10,754 bases of DNA from the NCBI GenBank assembly GCA_030637655.1, contig DAOWGI010000041.1, positions 1 to 10,754 of the forward strand, read 5' to 3'. This document shows, piece after piece, positions 1 to 7,534 of this stretch (within the stretch, counting starts at the first letter, position 1; each line of letters opens with the position of its first letter). The notes beneath the pieces are model-generated. The model ran no database searches, had not been told where the DNA came from, and saw only the letters and a program-made list of their open reading frames with translations. The DNA is from a candidate division FCPU426 bacterium (lineage in GTDB: Bacteria > Oederibacteriota > JAAXVQ01 > JAUVAV01). The position numbers and the translations under genes were made by a program.

Positions 1-9
1 AATTATTCC

Positions 10-1386
10 CTATCTTCCTGACCAGCGTTTAAAATCATCCACAAAAGCTTCCAGTCCGATTCCACGGGATCCTTTGACCAGTATCATATCTCCCTGAATG
101 GACAAATGCGGTTTCAGTGTGTCCAACACCTCAGCCGCAGAATCCAACTTGGCCATCCAACGTACCCCCCCGGCACGACGCGCGCCTACTGCCACACTGC
201 GCGCCTCATTGCCGACTGTGATCAATCCGTCGATTCCGGTCACTGCGGCTTGATGTCCCAACTCGCGATGCGCTTCTCCGGAATAATTACCCAATTCCAA
301 CATACTGCCAACCACAAAGTGTTTTTTTCCGGCGGATGGTAATTCCGCCAACAATTGCAAAGCCGCGGCGGCGGATTGCGGATTACTGTTGTACGCATCA
401 TTGAGCACACGATGCTGTCCAATGCGCAATAAATCCAAACGCATGGGCGTCTTGGGCCGGAAACCTTCCAGCGCATTACAGGCCGCTTTAAAGCTAATAC
501 CCATGGCCAGCGCGCCGGCTACCGCAGCCGCGGCATTCCAAGCTTGATGCACACCCAGGATCTTTAAACGAATCTCTTCCCGTTGTTTTTCAAATCCCAA
601 CACTACCTGAGTACCGCTTAAATGCACACCGGCTTCTACAACTCTGACCGTGGCTCGGGGATGCATACCAAATCCATAAACCTGCCGGTAATTTTCAGCT
701 GCCTTGGCCAAATACGGGTCATCCAAATTCAATACGGCAATACCATCGGATTCCAACTCCGAAAGCAATTCCACCTTGGCATTGACCAAAGCACGTTTGC
801 TCTTAAATCCGCCAATGTGCGCGTCACCTACATTGGTAATGATTCCTACGTGCGGCTTGGCTATCTGCGCTAAGCGCCGGATTTCGTGCGGCCCGCTCAT
901 GCCCATTTCCAATACAGCCGCTTTGTATTTGGAAGCCAACTGCATCACCGTCAGTGGCAAACCCAAATCATTATTAAAATTCCCCTGACTTTCCAGTACT
1001 TTACCCCGGCGTGCCAGAATAGTTCCCAGCATTTCTTTAGTCCCGGTTTTCCCACTGCTGCCGGTGATGGCCGCTACCCGGAGGGATGGGAAAAATTGTC
1101 GATAGGCAGCGGCCAAATCGCCCAAAGCTTTCCGCGAATTTTTTACCCGTACCAGCGGAAGCTCAGGCTTGTTTTGTTGGCTAATACCGGCCACTGCGCC
1201 GGCAGCCAAAGCATTTTCAATATATTCATGCCCGTCACTATTTTCTCCGGCCAAGGCCACAAATAAATTTCCCGGCCTAACCAGACGGGAATCAATCACC
1301 ACCCCCGTGATTTTCCGGTTTCTCGAAACATTAAGCAACTGTCCCTGAACAGCTGTTGCCACTTTGCCTAAAGTCATAGCTTCCAT
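10..1386 (-). CDS. murF: UDP-N-acetylmuramoyl-tripeptide--D-alanyl-D-alanine ligase
   Basis: 458 aa Mur ligase: DSR..G.LFVAL.GE..DGH, P-loop ITGSSGKT, GNFNNDLGLPLT, VLEMGMS, NDAYNSNP, LVKGSRG. Follows murE; SD GGAGGT at 1396-1391. Confidence 0.96.
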   Translation of the reverse strand: MEAMTLGKVATAVQGQLLNVSRNRKITGVVIDSRLVRPGNLFVALAGENSDGHEYIENALAAGAVAGISQQNKPELPLVRVKNSRKALGDLAAAYRQFFPSLRVAAITGSSGKTGTKEMLGTILARRGKVLESQGNFNNDLGLPLTVMQLASKYKAAVLEMGMSGPHEIRRLAQIAKPHVGIITNVGDAHIGGFKSKRALVNAKVELLSELESDGIAVLNLDDPYLAKAAENYRQVYGFGMHPRATVRVVEAGVHLSGTQVVLGFEKQREEIRLKILGVHQAWNAAAAVAGALAMGISFKAACNALEGFRPKTPMRLDLLRIGQHRVLNDAYNSNPQSAAAALQLLAELPSAGKKHFVVGSMLELGNYSGEAHRELGHQAAVTGIDGLITVGNEARSVAVGARRAGGVRWMAKLDSAAEVLDTLKPHLSIQGDMILVKGSRGIGLEAFVDDFKRWSGR

Positions 1387-1388
1387 GA

Positions 1389-2912
1389 TTACCTCCGATT
1401 TAATCGCGTCAAAATGTGTTGCGCGACTTCATGGTCATCAAAGGCGATGGTTTTCTTTTTTAAAATCTGATAATGCTCGTGGCCTTTACCGGCAATCACA
1501 ACCGTATCCTGCGGCTGAGCCAAACTCAAGGCCCGGGCAATCGCGCGAGCCCGATCCGGCTCCACCTGCGGTTTCTTATCTTTTCCGGTTTGTTGATACC
1601 CCCGCACAATCGCTTGAATAATTTTTTTCGGCTCTTCCTGTCTCGGATTGTCCGAGGTAATAATCACTTCATCCGCCAACTTAGCGGCAATGGCGCCCAT
1701 GGGCGCGCGTTTGGTCTGGTCGCGATTGCCGCCGCAACCAAAGACCACAATCACTCTGTGCTTAGTGAATTCCCGGACAGCTCGCAGTACTTTTTCCAAA
1801 GCATCCGGAGTATGGGCATAATCCACCACCACTGTAAAAGGATGTTGGCCGGGGATTTTAGCCACACGTCCCGGCACACTTCTCAGGGATTGCAAGCCCT
1901 TCTGAATAACTGACAACCGGATTCCCATCCCATAAGCTGCCGCTGCGGCAGCCAAGGCATTATGTACGTTGTACCGTCCCAACAAATGTAAGGAGACCTT
2001 AATTTTTTCCCGTCGTACGCATAGGATAAAATCACTTCCTTGGTTGGTTAGTTTAATTTTCTCAGCCCACAGATCCGCTTTCCGATCCAACGCATAGGTC
2101 AAAATACGGGCGCCTGACGCTGCTGTAATTATCATATCCGCGCGGGCATCATCACGATTGACCACTGCCAATTTTAAATTCTGTTTGCGACCCGGCCGAT
2201 TCAAAACAGCAAATAATTTACGTTTGGCTGCCGCATACCGAGCCCAGGTTTTGTGATAATCCAAATGCTCCCGGGTTAGATTGGTAAAAATTGCCACATC
2301 AAACTCACAACCCGCAATCCGGTTTTCCGCCAGGGCATGCGAGGAGACTTCCATGATACCCATATCACAGCCGGCTTCGACCATCTCGTGCAAAAGATCC
2401 TGGACCTCCCAGACCATAGGGGTGGTGTTGTGAGCCTCAATGATGTGTTGATCAATCTGATGTTGTATAGTGCCGATCAAACCCACCCGATGCGCTGATC
2501 GGCGGCCCACGCGTTGACTATACAAAATCGCACGTAACAAATAAGAAACCGTGGTCTTGCCATTAGTTCCGGTAATACCTACCAAACCCAGACGCAATGA
2601 GGGATAATTATAAAACTGCGGCGCAATAGCCTGCAGTGAATGGGTTACATTCTTTACGCGAATCACACCCACACTGCTTTCATCCAAACCTTTGACCGGA
2701 CGATCCACAACCACTGCCGCTGCCCCGCGCCGCACCGCAGCCGCGGCATAGCAATGACCGTCCACGGTTTTTCCGCGCACACAGGCAAAAACATCACCCT
2801 GGCGGACGTTCCGGGAATCTGTGGCAATACGACGTATCAACACATCCGGTCGTCCACTGCATTTCGCGCCGGGCATGGCAGCTGCCAGTAATGTCAGGGG
2901 CACATTTATCAT
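1389..2912 (-). CDS. murE: UDP-N-acetylmuramoyl-L-alanyl-D-glutamate--2,6-diaminopimelate ligase
   Basis: Motifs GITGTNGKTT, MEVSSH, FTNLTREHLDYH, VDYAHTPDAL, FGCGGNRD, SDNPR (meso-DAP specificity motif), AGKGHE. Start moved from 2948 to ATG 2912, which overlaps the ftsI TGA (ATGA). Confidence 0.96.
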   Translation of the reverse strand: MINVPLTLLAAAMPGAKCSGRPDVLIRRIATDSRNVRQGDVFACVRGKTVDGHCYAAAAVRRGAAAVVVDRPVKGLDESSVGVIRVKNVTHSLQAIAPQFYNYPSLRLGLVGITGTNGKTTVSYLLRAILYSQRVGRRSAHRVGLIGTIQHQIDQHIIEAHNTTPMVWEVQDLLHEMVEAGCDMGIMEVSSHALAENRIAGCEFDVAIFTNLTREHLDYHKTWARYAAAKRKLFAVLNRPGRKQNLKLAVVNRDDARADMIITAASGARILTYALDRKADLWAEKIKLTNQGSDFILCVRREKIKVSLHLLGRYNVHNALAAAAAAYGMGIRLSVIQKGLQSLRSVPGRVAKIPGQHPFTVVVDYAHTPDALEKVLRAVREFTKHRVIVVFGCGGNRDQTKRAPMGAIAAKLADEVIITSDNPRQEEPKKIIQAIVRGYQQTGKDKKPQVEPDRARAIARALSLAQPQDTVVIAGKGHEHYQILKKKTIAFDDHEVAQHILTRLNRR

Positions 2913-5050
2913 TCGCTTACCCCCGGATCCTGACAACGTAAGGCACAATGTTCTCCTAATTTTATACGCGCATAGGGCTGCGGATCCTGAATTTTCACCA
3001 CACCGCTTCCGGATATATCCGCTCGTAATCCGTACGCGTGTAATATGTACAAAGCATCCCGCATGGATTGACCGGCTAAATTGGGCACAACCACCTCGGT
3101 CAAAACGCTCTCCGAAATTCCGGTGTTATCCGAATCAGCCAAATACAGAATCACCCGGGATTCCGGATTGGTTTTTTTTCCGGCAAAGGGACGCTGTCCA
3201 ATAACTTGCTTTCCTTGACCCAAGCACACTGCCCGCAAACCGGCTTGCTGCAACCTTTTTTTGGAATCACCCACACTCTGACCGGTTACATCCGGCACTG
3301 TCACAATACCGGTAATACTTTCCAAGCTACTTTGCTGTTTCTGACGGGCAAAGGCATACACTTTTTGCGGTCCGGGCGGAATTCCCAGGTACGCCGTCAT
3401 TTGCCGACAAATTTTGCGAAACACCGGTCCGGCCACCACCCCACCCCATTGCACGCCTTTAGGTTCATCGATCATAACGGCAATCAGGTATTTGGGATTG
3501 TCTGCCGGAAAAAAACCAACAAACGAAGCCACATGATGTTTGGGGTCATAACCGCGCCCATTAGGCAAGGGTTTCTGCGCTGTCCCGGTTTTGCCGGCAA
3601 TCCGGTAATGTTCCAAGCCGGCCTCTACTCCGGTTCCTTCTTCCACTACACCCTGTAAAATATTACGCATACGCCGGGCAGTGCGAGCTGAGATGACCTG
3701 ATCCTGATACGTAGGCTTCCCCACTTTGGTCCGAATCTCATCCGGGCGGCGCAATTCCTTGACGATCCAGGGTTTTACCAAACGTCCGTCATTGGCAATT
3801 ACCGTATAGGCAGTAATCATCTGCAAGGTAGTCACTGCCAAACCCTGACCAAAGGCCAGGGAAACCGCGTTCCATCGTTTCCATTGCGCAAATGGTTTCA
3901 AAATTCCATTAACCTCACCCGGCATTCCCACACCCGTGGCTTTGCCAAAGCCAAACATTTTTGAATAATGGGCCAGTTTTTCCGCGCCCATACGAATCCC
4001 AACTTTCACTGCGCCGATGTTACTGGAATAAACAAACACATCACGAAACGAAATTTTTCCGCGTGCTTTATGATCGCGCACGACCAAACCCGCGAAAACC
4101 GCCCGGCCGTTTTCGCAATCAATGATATCATCTTCCTGATACACACCTTCTTCCAAAGCTGCGGCTGAGGTGACAATTTTAAAGGTAGACCCCGGTTCGT
4201 ATATATCACAGACGGCCCGATTTCTCCGATCCGATACTTTCGCCAGATTAAAATGATTAGGATCAAAATCCGGCCGGTTGGCTAAGGCTAAAATTTCACC
4301 GGTCTTGGGATCCATAATAATTACTGAACCGGCTTTAGCGCTACTCTCTTCCAAGCTGCGTTCCAACTCCCGTTCAGCCATGTGTTGCAACATTTTATCA
4401 ATGGTCAAATACACATCCTGCCCAGGTTGAGATTGTTTATGAACCCGTGTGGCCCCCGGCAAGCGCTGACCCGTGGCATCCCGCGATATGCGAATCCAAC
4501 CGCTTTGCCCGCTAATGGCACGGTCAAATTGCAATTCCACGCCACTCAACCCCTGGTTGTCCATTCCAACAAAACCCAGCACATGACAGGCCAAGCGTCC
4601 TTCCGGATACACCCGACTGGTCTCTTTCAGATAATGAATCCCCGCCATGTCCAGTGCCTTAACTTTACCGGCAACTGTATCGTCCACTTTACGTTTCACC
4701 CAAACAAATGCTTTGCGTGATCGGAATCGTTGTTCCAAACGCCGGGCAGACACTCCCAACATAGCTGAAAGTTGCTTGGCGGTTTGACGGGTTTTTTTTA
4801 TTTCTCCAGGCACCGCGTAAAAAGAGAGAGATTGACGATTCAAAGCCAACGGCCGTCCGGCGCGGTCAAAAATCCTTCCGCGTTCCGGTTGAATCTCAAT
4901 CGTACGCTCTTGTTGCCGGAGAGCGAGTTGCGAAAGATGTTGATGTTGTATGATTTGTAGATAGAATAAACGCGTCGTCAGAATTGTAAAGAGTAGTCCG
5001 AACCCGATGATGAGAAGTACTGTGCGACGATCAATGGCTTCGCTTCGCAA
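2909..5050 (-). CDS. ftsI: Class B penicillin-binding protein (FtsI/PBP3-type transpeptidase) with two C-terminal PASTA domains
   Basis: N-terminal TM helix, RGRIFDR, GLSGVE, catalytic STFK, SSN and KTGTAQK motifs. Two PASTA-like repeats (VTVPDVTGQS; VVVPNLAGQS). TTG start with GGAG at 5060-5057; located between ftsL and murE. Confidence 0.93.
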   Translation of the reverse strand: MRSEAIDRRTVLLIIGFGLLFTILTTRLFYLQIIQHQHLSQLALRQQERTIEIQPERGRIFDRAGRPLALNRQSLSFYAVPGEIKKTRQTAKQLSAMLGVSARRLEQRFRSRKAFVWVKRKVDDTVAGKVKALDMAGIHYLKETSRVYPEGRLACHVLGFVGMDNQGLSGVELQFDRAISGQSGWIRISRDATGQRLPGATRVHKQSQPGQDVYLTIDKMLQHMAERELERSLEESSAKAGSVIIMDPKTGEILALANRPDFDPNHFNLAKVSDRRNRAVCDIYEPGSTFKIVTSAAALEEGVYQEDDIIDCENGRAVFAGLVVRDHKARGKISFRDVFVYSSNIGAVKVGIRMGAEKLAHYSKMFGFGKATGVGMPGEVNGILKPFAQWKRWNAVSLAFGQGLAVTTLQMITAYTVIANDGRLVKPWIVKELRRPDEIRTKVGKPTYQDQVISARTARRMRNILQGVVEEGTGVEAGLEHYRIAGKTGTAQKPLPNGRGYDPKHHVASFVGFFPADNPKYLIAVMIDEPKGVQWGGVVAGPVFRKICRQMTAYLGIPPGPQKVYAFARQKQQSSLESITGIVTVPDVTGQSVGDSKKRLQQAGLRAVCLGQGKQVIGQRPFAGKKTNPESRVILYLADSDNTGISESVLTEVVVPNLAGQSMRDALYILHAYGLRADISGSGVVKIQDPQPYARIKLGEHCALRCQDPGVSE

Positions 5051-5122
5051 CTCTCGCTCCAGTCAGGCAAGATACTGCCTGGTACTGCCTGAAATGTATT
5101 GTCTGTTTCAATAAAATAACTC

Positions 5123-5551
5123 TCACTGTTTAAACCACCGTTGAAAAATTCCCGTGCCAAAGAAAAAACCACGTAGGCCTTCTCGTTTGACCGCGGGATC
5201 CACCAAAAAAACCAATTGCTCACTGTGAGGCGCTTCCAAGCCTAACTTCTGTAGGGCAATGGCTTCAATCCGTTCCAGACTTGCCAAGGCATTTCGTTTA
5301 CTCAGCAACACTCGATGTTCATCCAACAAACTGTGATAGTCTTGCCGCTGCTGATTAATTTGATACCCCAGTTTCACCACCTGCATTTGTTGCCACACAC
5401 GTAAAAAAACCATGCTAAACAAAAACGCGACGATCCCCAGCACCAACCACAAACGCCGGATGGCCACACGACGGTTGTCCCGCTCATCCTGCAAAAAATA
5501 GATAGTGACAAATTCACGGTCCAGATCACCGGTTAAAATTTTTCCCGGCAT
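5123..5551 (-). CDS. ftsL: Cell division protein FtsL
   Basis: 142 aa from ATG 5551 (SD GAGGAAG, 1 nt after the rsmH stop): basic N-terminus, one TM helix, coiled coil (LGYQI...), LASLERIEAIA..KLGL..P..EQ motif. Canonical position between rsmH and ftsI. Confidence 0.85.
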   Translation of the reverse strand: MPGKILTGDLDREFVTIYFLQDERDNRRVAIRRLWLVLGIVAFLFSMVFLRVWQQMQVVKLGYQINQQRQDYHSLLDEHRVLLSKRNALASLERIEAIALQKLGLEAPHSEQLVFLVDPAVKREGLRGFFFGTGIFQRWFKQ

Positions 5552-5552
5552 C

Positions 5553-6413
5553 TTAGACTTCCTCGCAACGGCTGCCGGCGCGCAACCGGGCGCTGCGAGC
5601 GCGTGGATTTCCGGCAATTTCTTCCTCGCTGGGCCGAATCACATGCTTGGTCAAACGTTCCCACCCCGCGCTACGAAAAGTTTCCTTCACCAGGCGATCC
5701 TCCAGGGAATGAAAACTGATCACCACCATCCGGCCGCTTACCTGCAATCCCTTTTGTCCTGCCAACAATCCTTGGCTCAGGCTTTCCAATTCATCATTGA
5801 CTGCAATACGCAGTGCCTGAAACATCCGCGTGGCCGGGTGAATGCGACCGCTGCCTTTGATCACCCGTTTGGCCAAATCCGCCAATTCAATCGTTGAGCT
5901 GAAGGGCCGTTTTTTTACGATCCAACCGGCCAGCTGCCGGGACCGTCGTTCTTCTCCCAACGTATAAAATATATTCGCTAATTCCTTTTCGTCCGCATGG
6001 TTGATAATCTCCGCCGCGGTCAGGCCTTGGCGCTGATCCATCCGCATATCCAGAGGGCCTGGCTTGAGAAAAGAAAAACCTCGTGTCGCAGTGTTTATCT
6101 GGAAAGAGGATACGCCCAAATCCATCAGTACCCCGGAAAGTCCGGTTATGCCTTGTTCCTGCAGCACCCTGGTGAGATCACGAAAGTTGGCTTGCACCAA
6201 TACCACGCGTTCTCCAAAAGGCGCTAATCGTTCTCGTGCACAGGCCAAGGCTTCGGCATCTTGATCCAAACCGAGTACCCGCCCAGTCGGTGCTGTTGCT
6301 TGCAAAAGTGCCTCAGTGTGCCCACCACCACCGACCGTACAATCCGCCCACCACCCTTCAGATCGAGGCCTCAGCCAGTGCAAAGCTTCTTGCAGCAAAA
6401 CCGTCTGATGCAT
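5553..6413 (-). CDS. rsmH: 16S rRNA (cytosine1402-N4)-methyltransferase RsmH/MraW
   Basis: HQTVLL, DCTVGGGGH, DLGVSSFQ, RGFSF..GPLDMRM, HPATRMFQALRIAVNDEL, ISFHSLEDRLVK, NPRARSARLR. Confidence 0.98.
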   Translation of the reverse strand: MHQTVLLQEALHWLRPRSEGWWADCTVGGGGHTEALLQATAPTGRVLGLDQDAEALACARERLAPFGERVVLVQANFRDLTRVLQEQGITGLSGVLMDLGVSSFQINTATRGFSFLKPGPLDMRMDQRQGLTAAEIINHADEKELANIFYTLGEERRSRQLAGWIVKKRPFSSTIELADLAKRVIKGSGRIHPATRMFQALRIAVNDELESLSQGLLAGQKGLQVSGRMVVISFHSLEDRLVKETFRSAGWERLTKHVIRPSEEEIAGNPRARSARLRAGSRCEEV

Positions 6414-6415
6414 TA

Positions 6416-6772
6416 TTAAGCAGCAACAGATTTTAAATTTTTAAAGCTCTTCACCGCTGCTTGGCGGCTGGTATAAATTTTAAAAAACTTGGTCATGCCG
6501 GTTAATTCAAAAATATTGCGCAGCGACGGATTCAAGTTGGCCAAACGAAGATCTCCGTGCAAATGCCGAATACGCCGCAGACTCTCGGTTAAAATACCAA
6601 TGCCCGTGGCATTGATATGCTGCACTCGCAAACAATCCAACACGAGTTGATAGCAGCCGCTATGGAGTATTGAAGAAATCGTGTTTCGAATATTAACAAC
6701 CTCCTGCATGTCGATATCACCAAATAAGCTGACGACGGCCACCTCGTCTTCGTTAAGTAACTTTATGGTCAC
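6416..6772 (-). CDS. STAS-domain protein (anti-sigma factor antagonist, SpoIIAA/RsbV-like)
   Basis: 118 aa, GTG start preceded by GAGGA. VVSLFGDID...LVLDC..V.HINATGIGIL......GDLRLANL...LRNIFELTGM...F.IY.S...A..SF matches the STAS pattern. Confidence 0.88.
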   Translation of the reverse strand: MTIKLLNEDEVAVVSLFGDIDMQEVVNIRNTISSILHSGCYQLVLDCLRVQHINATGIGILTESLRRIRHLHGDLRLANLNPSLRNIFELTGMTKFFKIYTSRQAAVKSFKNLKSVAA

Positions 6773-6835
6773 GTTTTCCTCACATCCTTTCTTAAGATTT
6801 GGATAATTTTTTTGACGCCACAGCGCCTTTTTTAT

Positions 6836-7273
6836 CTACAAATCCTGTATTTGTTCGGCAATGTCTTCCAATGATTTTCCGCTTTCCAAATATTCCCGCC
6901 ATCTTTTGGGTGACCAGATCTCAATACGATTGGACACACCCACCAAAACAGCTTCTCTTTCCAAACCCGCATAATCGCGTAATGAGCCCGGCAACATAAT
7001 TCTCCCCTGTTTATCAAAGGAGCATTCCGTCGCGCCGGCCAGCAAACGACGAATAAAATAGCGTTCATCGCTTTTATTCATGGGACGAGAAACAATTTTC
7101 TCTTGAAAGCGTTTCCACTCATCCAGTGGATAGCCAAAAAGGCACGCATCCAATCCCTGAGTAATAATCATCTTCTCAGGAAGTTGTTTTTCTGACAGCA
7201 CTTCCCGAAAGCGAACAGGAATGGATAGCCTGCCTTTTTCATCCAAATTGTGTTCAAAAGTACCGAGGAACAT
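6836..7273 (-). CDS. mraZ: Division/cell wall cluster transcriptional repressor MraZ
   Basis: 145 aa from ATG 7273: MFLGTFEHNLDEKGRLSIP..FR, second DKQGRI.LP repeat, VGV.NRIEIW. First gene of the dcw cluster. Confidence 0.98.
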   Translation of the reverse strand: MFLGTFEHNLDEKGRLSIPVRFREVLSEKQLPEKMIITQGLDACLFGYPLDEWKRFQEKIVSRPMNKSDERYFIRRLLAGATECSFDKQGRIMLPGSLRDYAGLEREAVLVGVSNRIEIWSPKRWREYLESGKSLEDIAEQIQDL

Positions 7274-7279
7274 GAGTTT

Positions 7280-7309
7280 CCCCCACTTTCCACCACTTTT
7301 CCCCACTTA
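7280..7309 (-). promoter_or_regulatory. MraZ binding boxes (three GTGG(G/T)G direct repeats at 10-bp pitch)
   Basis: Minus strand reads AAGTGGGGAA AAGTGGTGGA AAGTGGGGGA just upstream of the mraZ ATG, matching the known MraZ operator layout (TGGGN/GTGG repeats one helical turn apart). Confidence 0.85.
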
Positions 7310-7316
7310 TTGGGAT

Positions 7317-7345
7317 AATGTACCCTTCTCTCCCCATTTTGTCAA
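7317..7345 (-). promoter_or_regulatory. Sigma70-type promoter of the dcw operon
   Basis: TTGACA (7345-7340), 17-nt spacer, TACATT (7322-7317). An A-rich UP-like tract lies at 7346-7366; predicted TSS near 7310. Confidence 0.8.
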
Positions 7346-7366
7346 TGATTAAATACATTTTTTCTT

Positions 7367-7404
7367 TTCTTGTAGGGAACGGTCGCGACCGTTCCCTACA
7401 AGAA
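7367..7404. repeat. GTAG-family REP-like perfect palindrome, copy 1
   Basis: ttcttGTAGGGAACGGTCGCGACCGTTCCCTACaagaa is a perfect 38-bp palindrome; 7372-7401 is identical to 7507-7536. Confidence 0.85.
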
Positions 7405-7424
7405 GTTTGGAACCTGCCCCTACA
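7405..7424 (-). repeat. Truncated GTAG-family REP half
   Basis: Minus strand tGTAGGGGCAGGTTCCAAAC is one arm plus loop of a GTAGGGGC...GCCCCTAC-type REP, abutting copy 1. Confidence 0.5.
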
Positions 7425-7506
7425 TTATATATATGGAGAATTACAGATTTGTATTTGGGATTTGGAAAATTAAAAAATATTTTTTGGTTGGTTATTGATT
7501 TTTAAC

Positions 7507-7534
7507 GTAGGGAACGGTCGCGACCGTTCCCTAC
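7507..7534. repeat. GTAG-family REP-like perfect palindrome, copy 2
   Basis: GTAGGGAACGGTCGCGACCGTTCCCTAC, a perfect 28-bp palindrome offset 135 bp from copy 1. Confidence 0.85.

Noticed and set aside
289-1065. MurF motif deviations (GKTG for GKT[T/S]; GSMLELG for GDMLELG)
   Set aside because: The catalytic GKT and other motifs are intact; without an alignment these cannot be distinguished from normal family variation.
106-6436. Numerous alternative-frame and antisense ORFs inside the dcw genes (e.g. 1473-1913, 3206-3658, 5505-5897)
   Set aside because: They overlap well-conserved genes and show no recognisable motifs; treated as shadow ORFs.
6807-6833. Hairpin between mraZ and STAS as a terminator
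   Set aside because: The stem is only 5 bp with a G-U pair and is followed by A's, not U's, on the coding strand.
7274-7306. N-terminal extension MGKSGGKWGKL on MraZ
   Set aside because: It is the translation of the MraZ operator repeats; the family starts at MFLG (ATG 7273).
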